Assembly: GCA_963794945.1 (NCBI GenBank)
Contig: CAWCFT010000009.1
Coordinates: forward strand, 64,001 to 128,000
Origin: Endomicrobiales bacterium
Lineage (GTDB): Bacteria; Elusimicrobiota; Endomicrobiia; Endomicrobiales; CAWCFT01
Reading direction: 5' to 3'
Length of the DNA stretch: 64,000 nucleotides
Shown here: piece by piece, positions 63,863 through 64,000 of the stretch
Position numbering within the stretch: the first letter of the stretch is position 1
Layout of the letters: each line of letters begins with the position of its first letter
Made by a program: the position numbers and the translations under genes
Notes under the pieces: model-generated
Told to the model about the DNA's origin: nothing
Database searches by the model: none
Seen by the model: the letters and a program-made list of their open reading frames with translations, nothing else

Positions 63863-64000
63863 TATACGATCCTAATATACTTTTCGCGCAACAAAAATAC
63901 TAGCCGCGCGGAGGGCCGAAACTTCTACCGCCCGCTTTTGTGAAACGAGAGAACGGCTTGTCCTTTCTAACTCCTGAACTGCGCCCGCTGAAAGAACCGT

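Noticed and set aside
63900..64000. 3' end of an upstream minus-strand gene (Gly/Arg/Ser-rich tail)
   Set aside because: Too short and truncated by the window edge to assign

Overview
Bacterial chromosomal window, almost all genes on the minus strand. Housekeeping backbone: katG, tRNA-His/Arg/Val/Cys, thrS-infC-rpmI-rplT-pheS-pheT, rho, uup, recQ, ku-ligD, degP, msrAB and ppk2. Many genes, including essential pheS, are split by single-base frameshifts that look like assembly indels rather than pseudogenisation. The main accessory feature is a visibly AT-rich island of about 15 kb between tRNA-Cys and tRNA-Val. It carries a RiPP-like cluster: six tandem precursor peptides with an invariant KWIKPEKIxFGN leader and hypervariable Gly-rich cores in which all 24 cysteines lie in a C-x-x-G motif, two PqqD/RRE proteins, ScmE/ScmF-like radical SAM/SPASM enzymes, a UPF0489 arginase-like protein, an S26 peptidase-methyltransferase fusion, further radical SAM genes, glycosyltransferases and a Wzm/Wzt ABC exporter. 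An intact IS4 element sits just upstream of the precursor array. Non-coding signals include a 1.1 kb strand-biased array of about 35 GCTTCC hexamers at 11-12 bp spacing, two homologous ~100-nt promoter-to-terminator RNA units, a tRNA-like relic in the thrS leader, an L20-leader-like element and palindromic repeat families, one copy of which lies in frame inside a ParB-like gene. All family calls come from motif recognition by eye; no database search was run.
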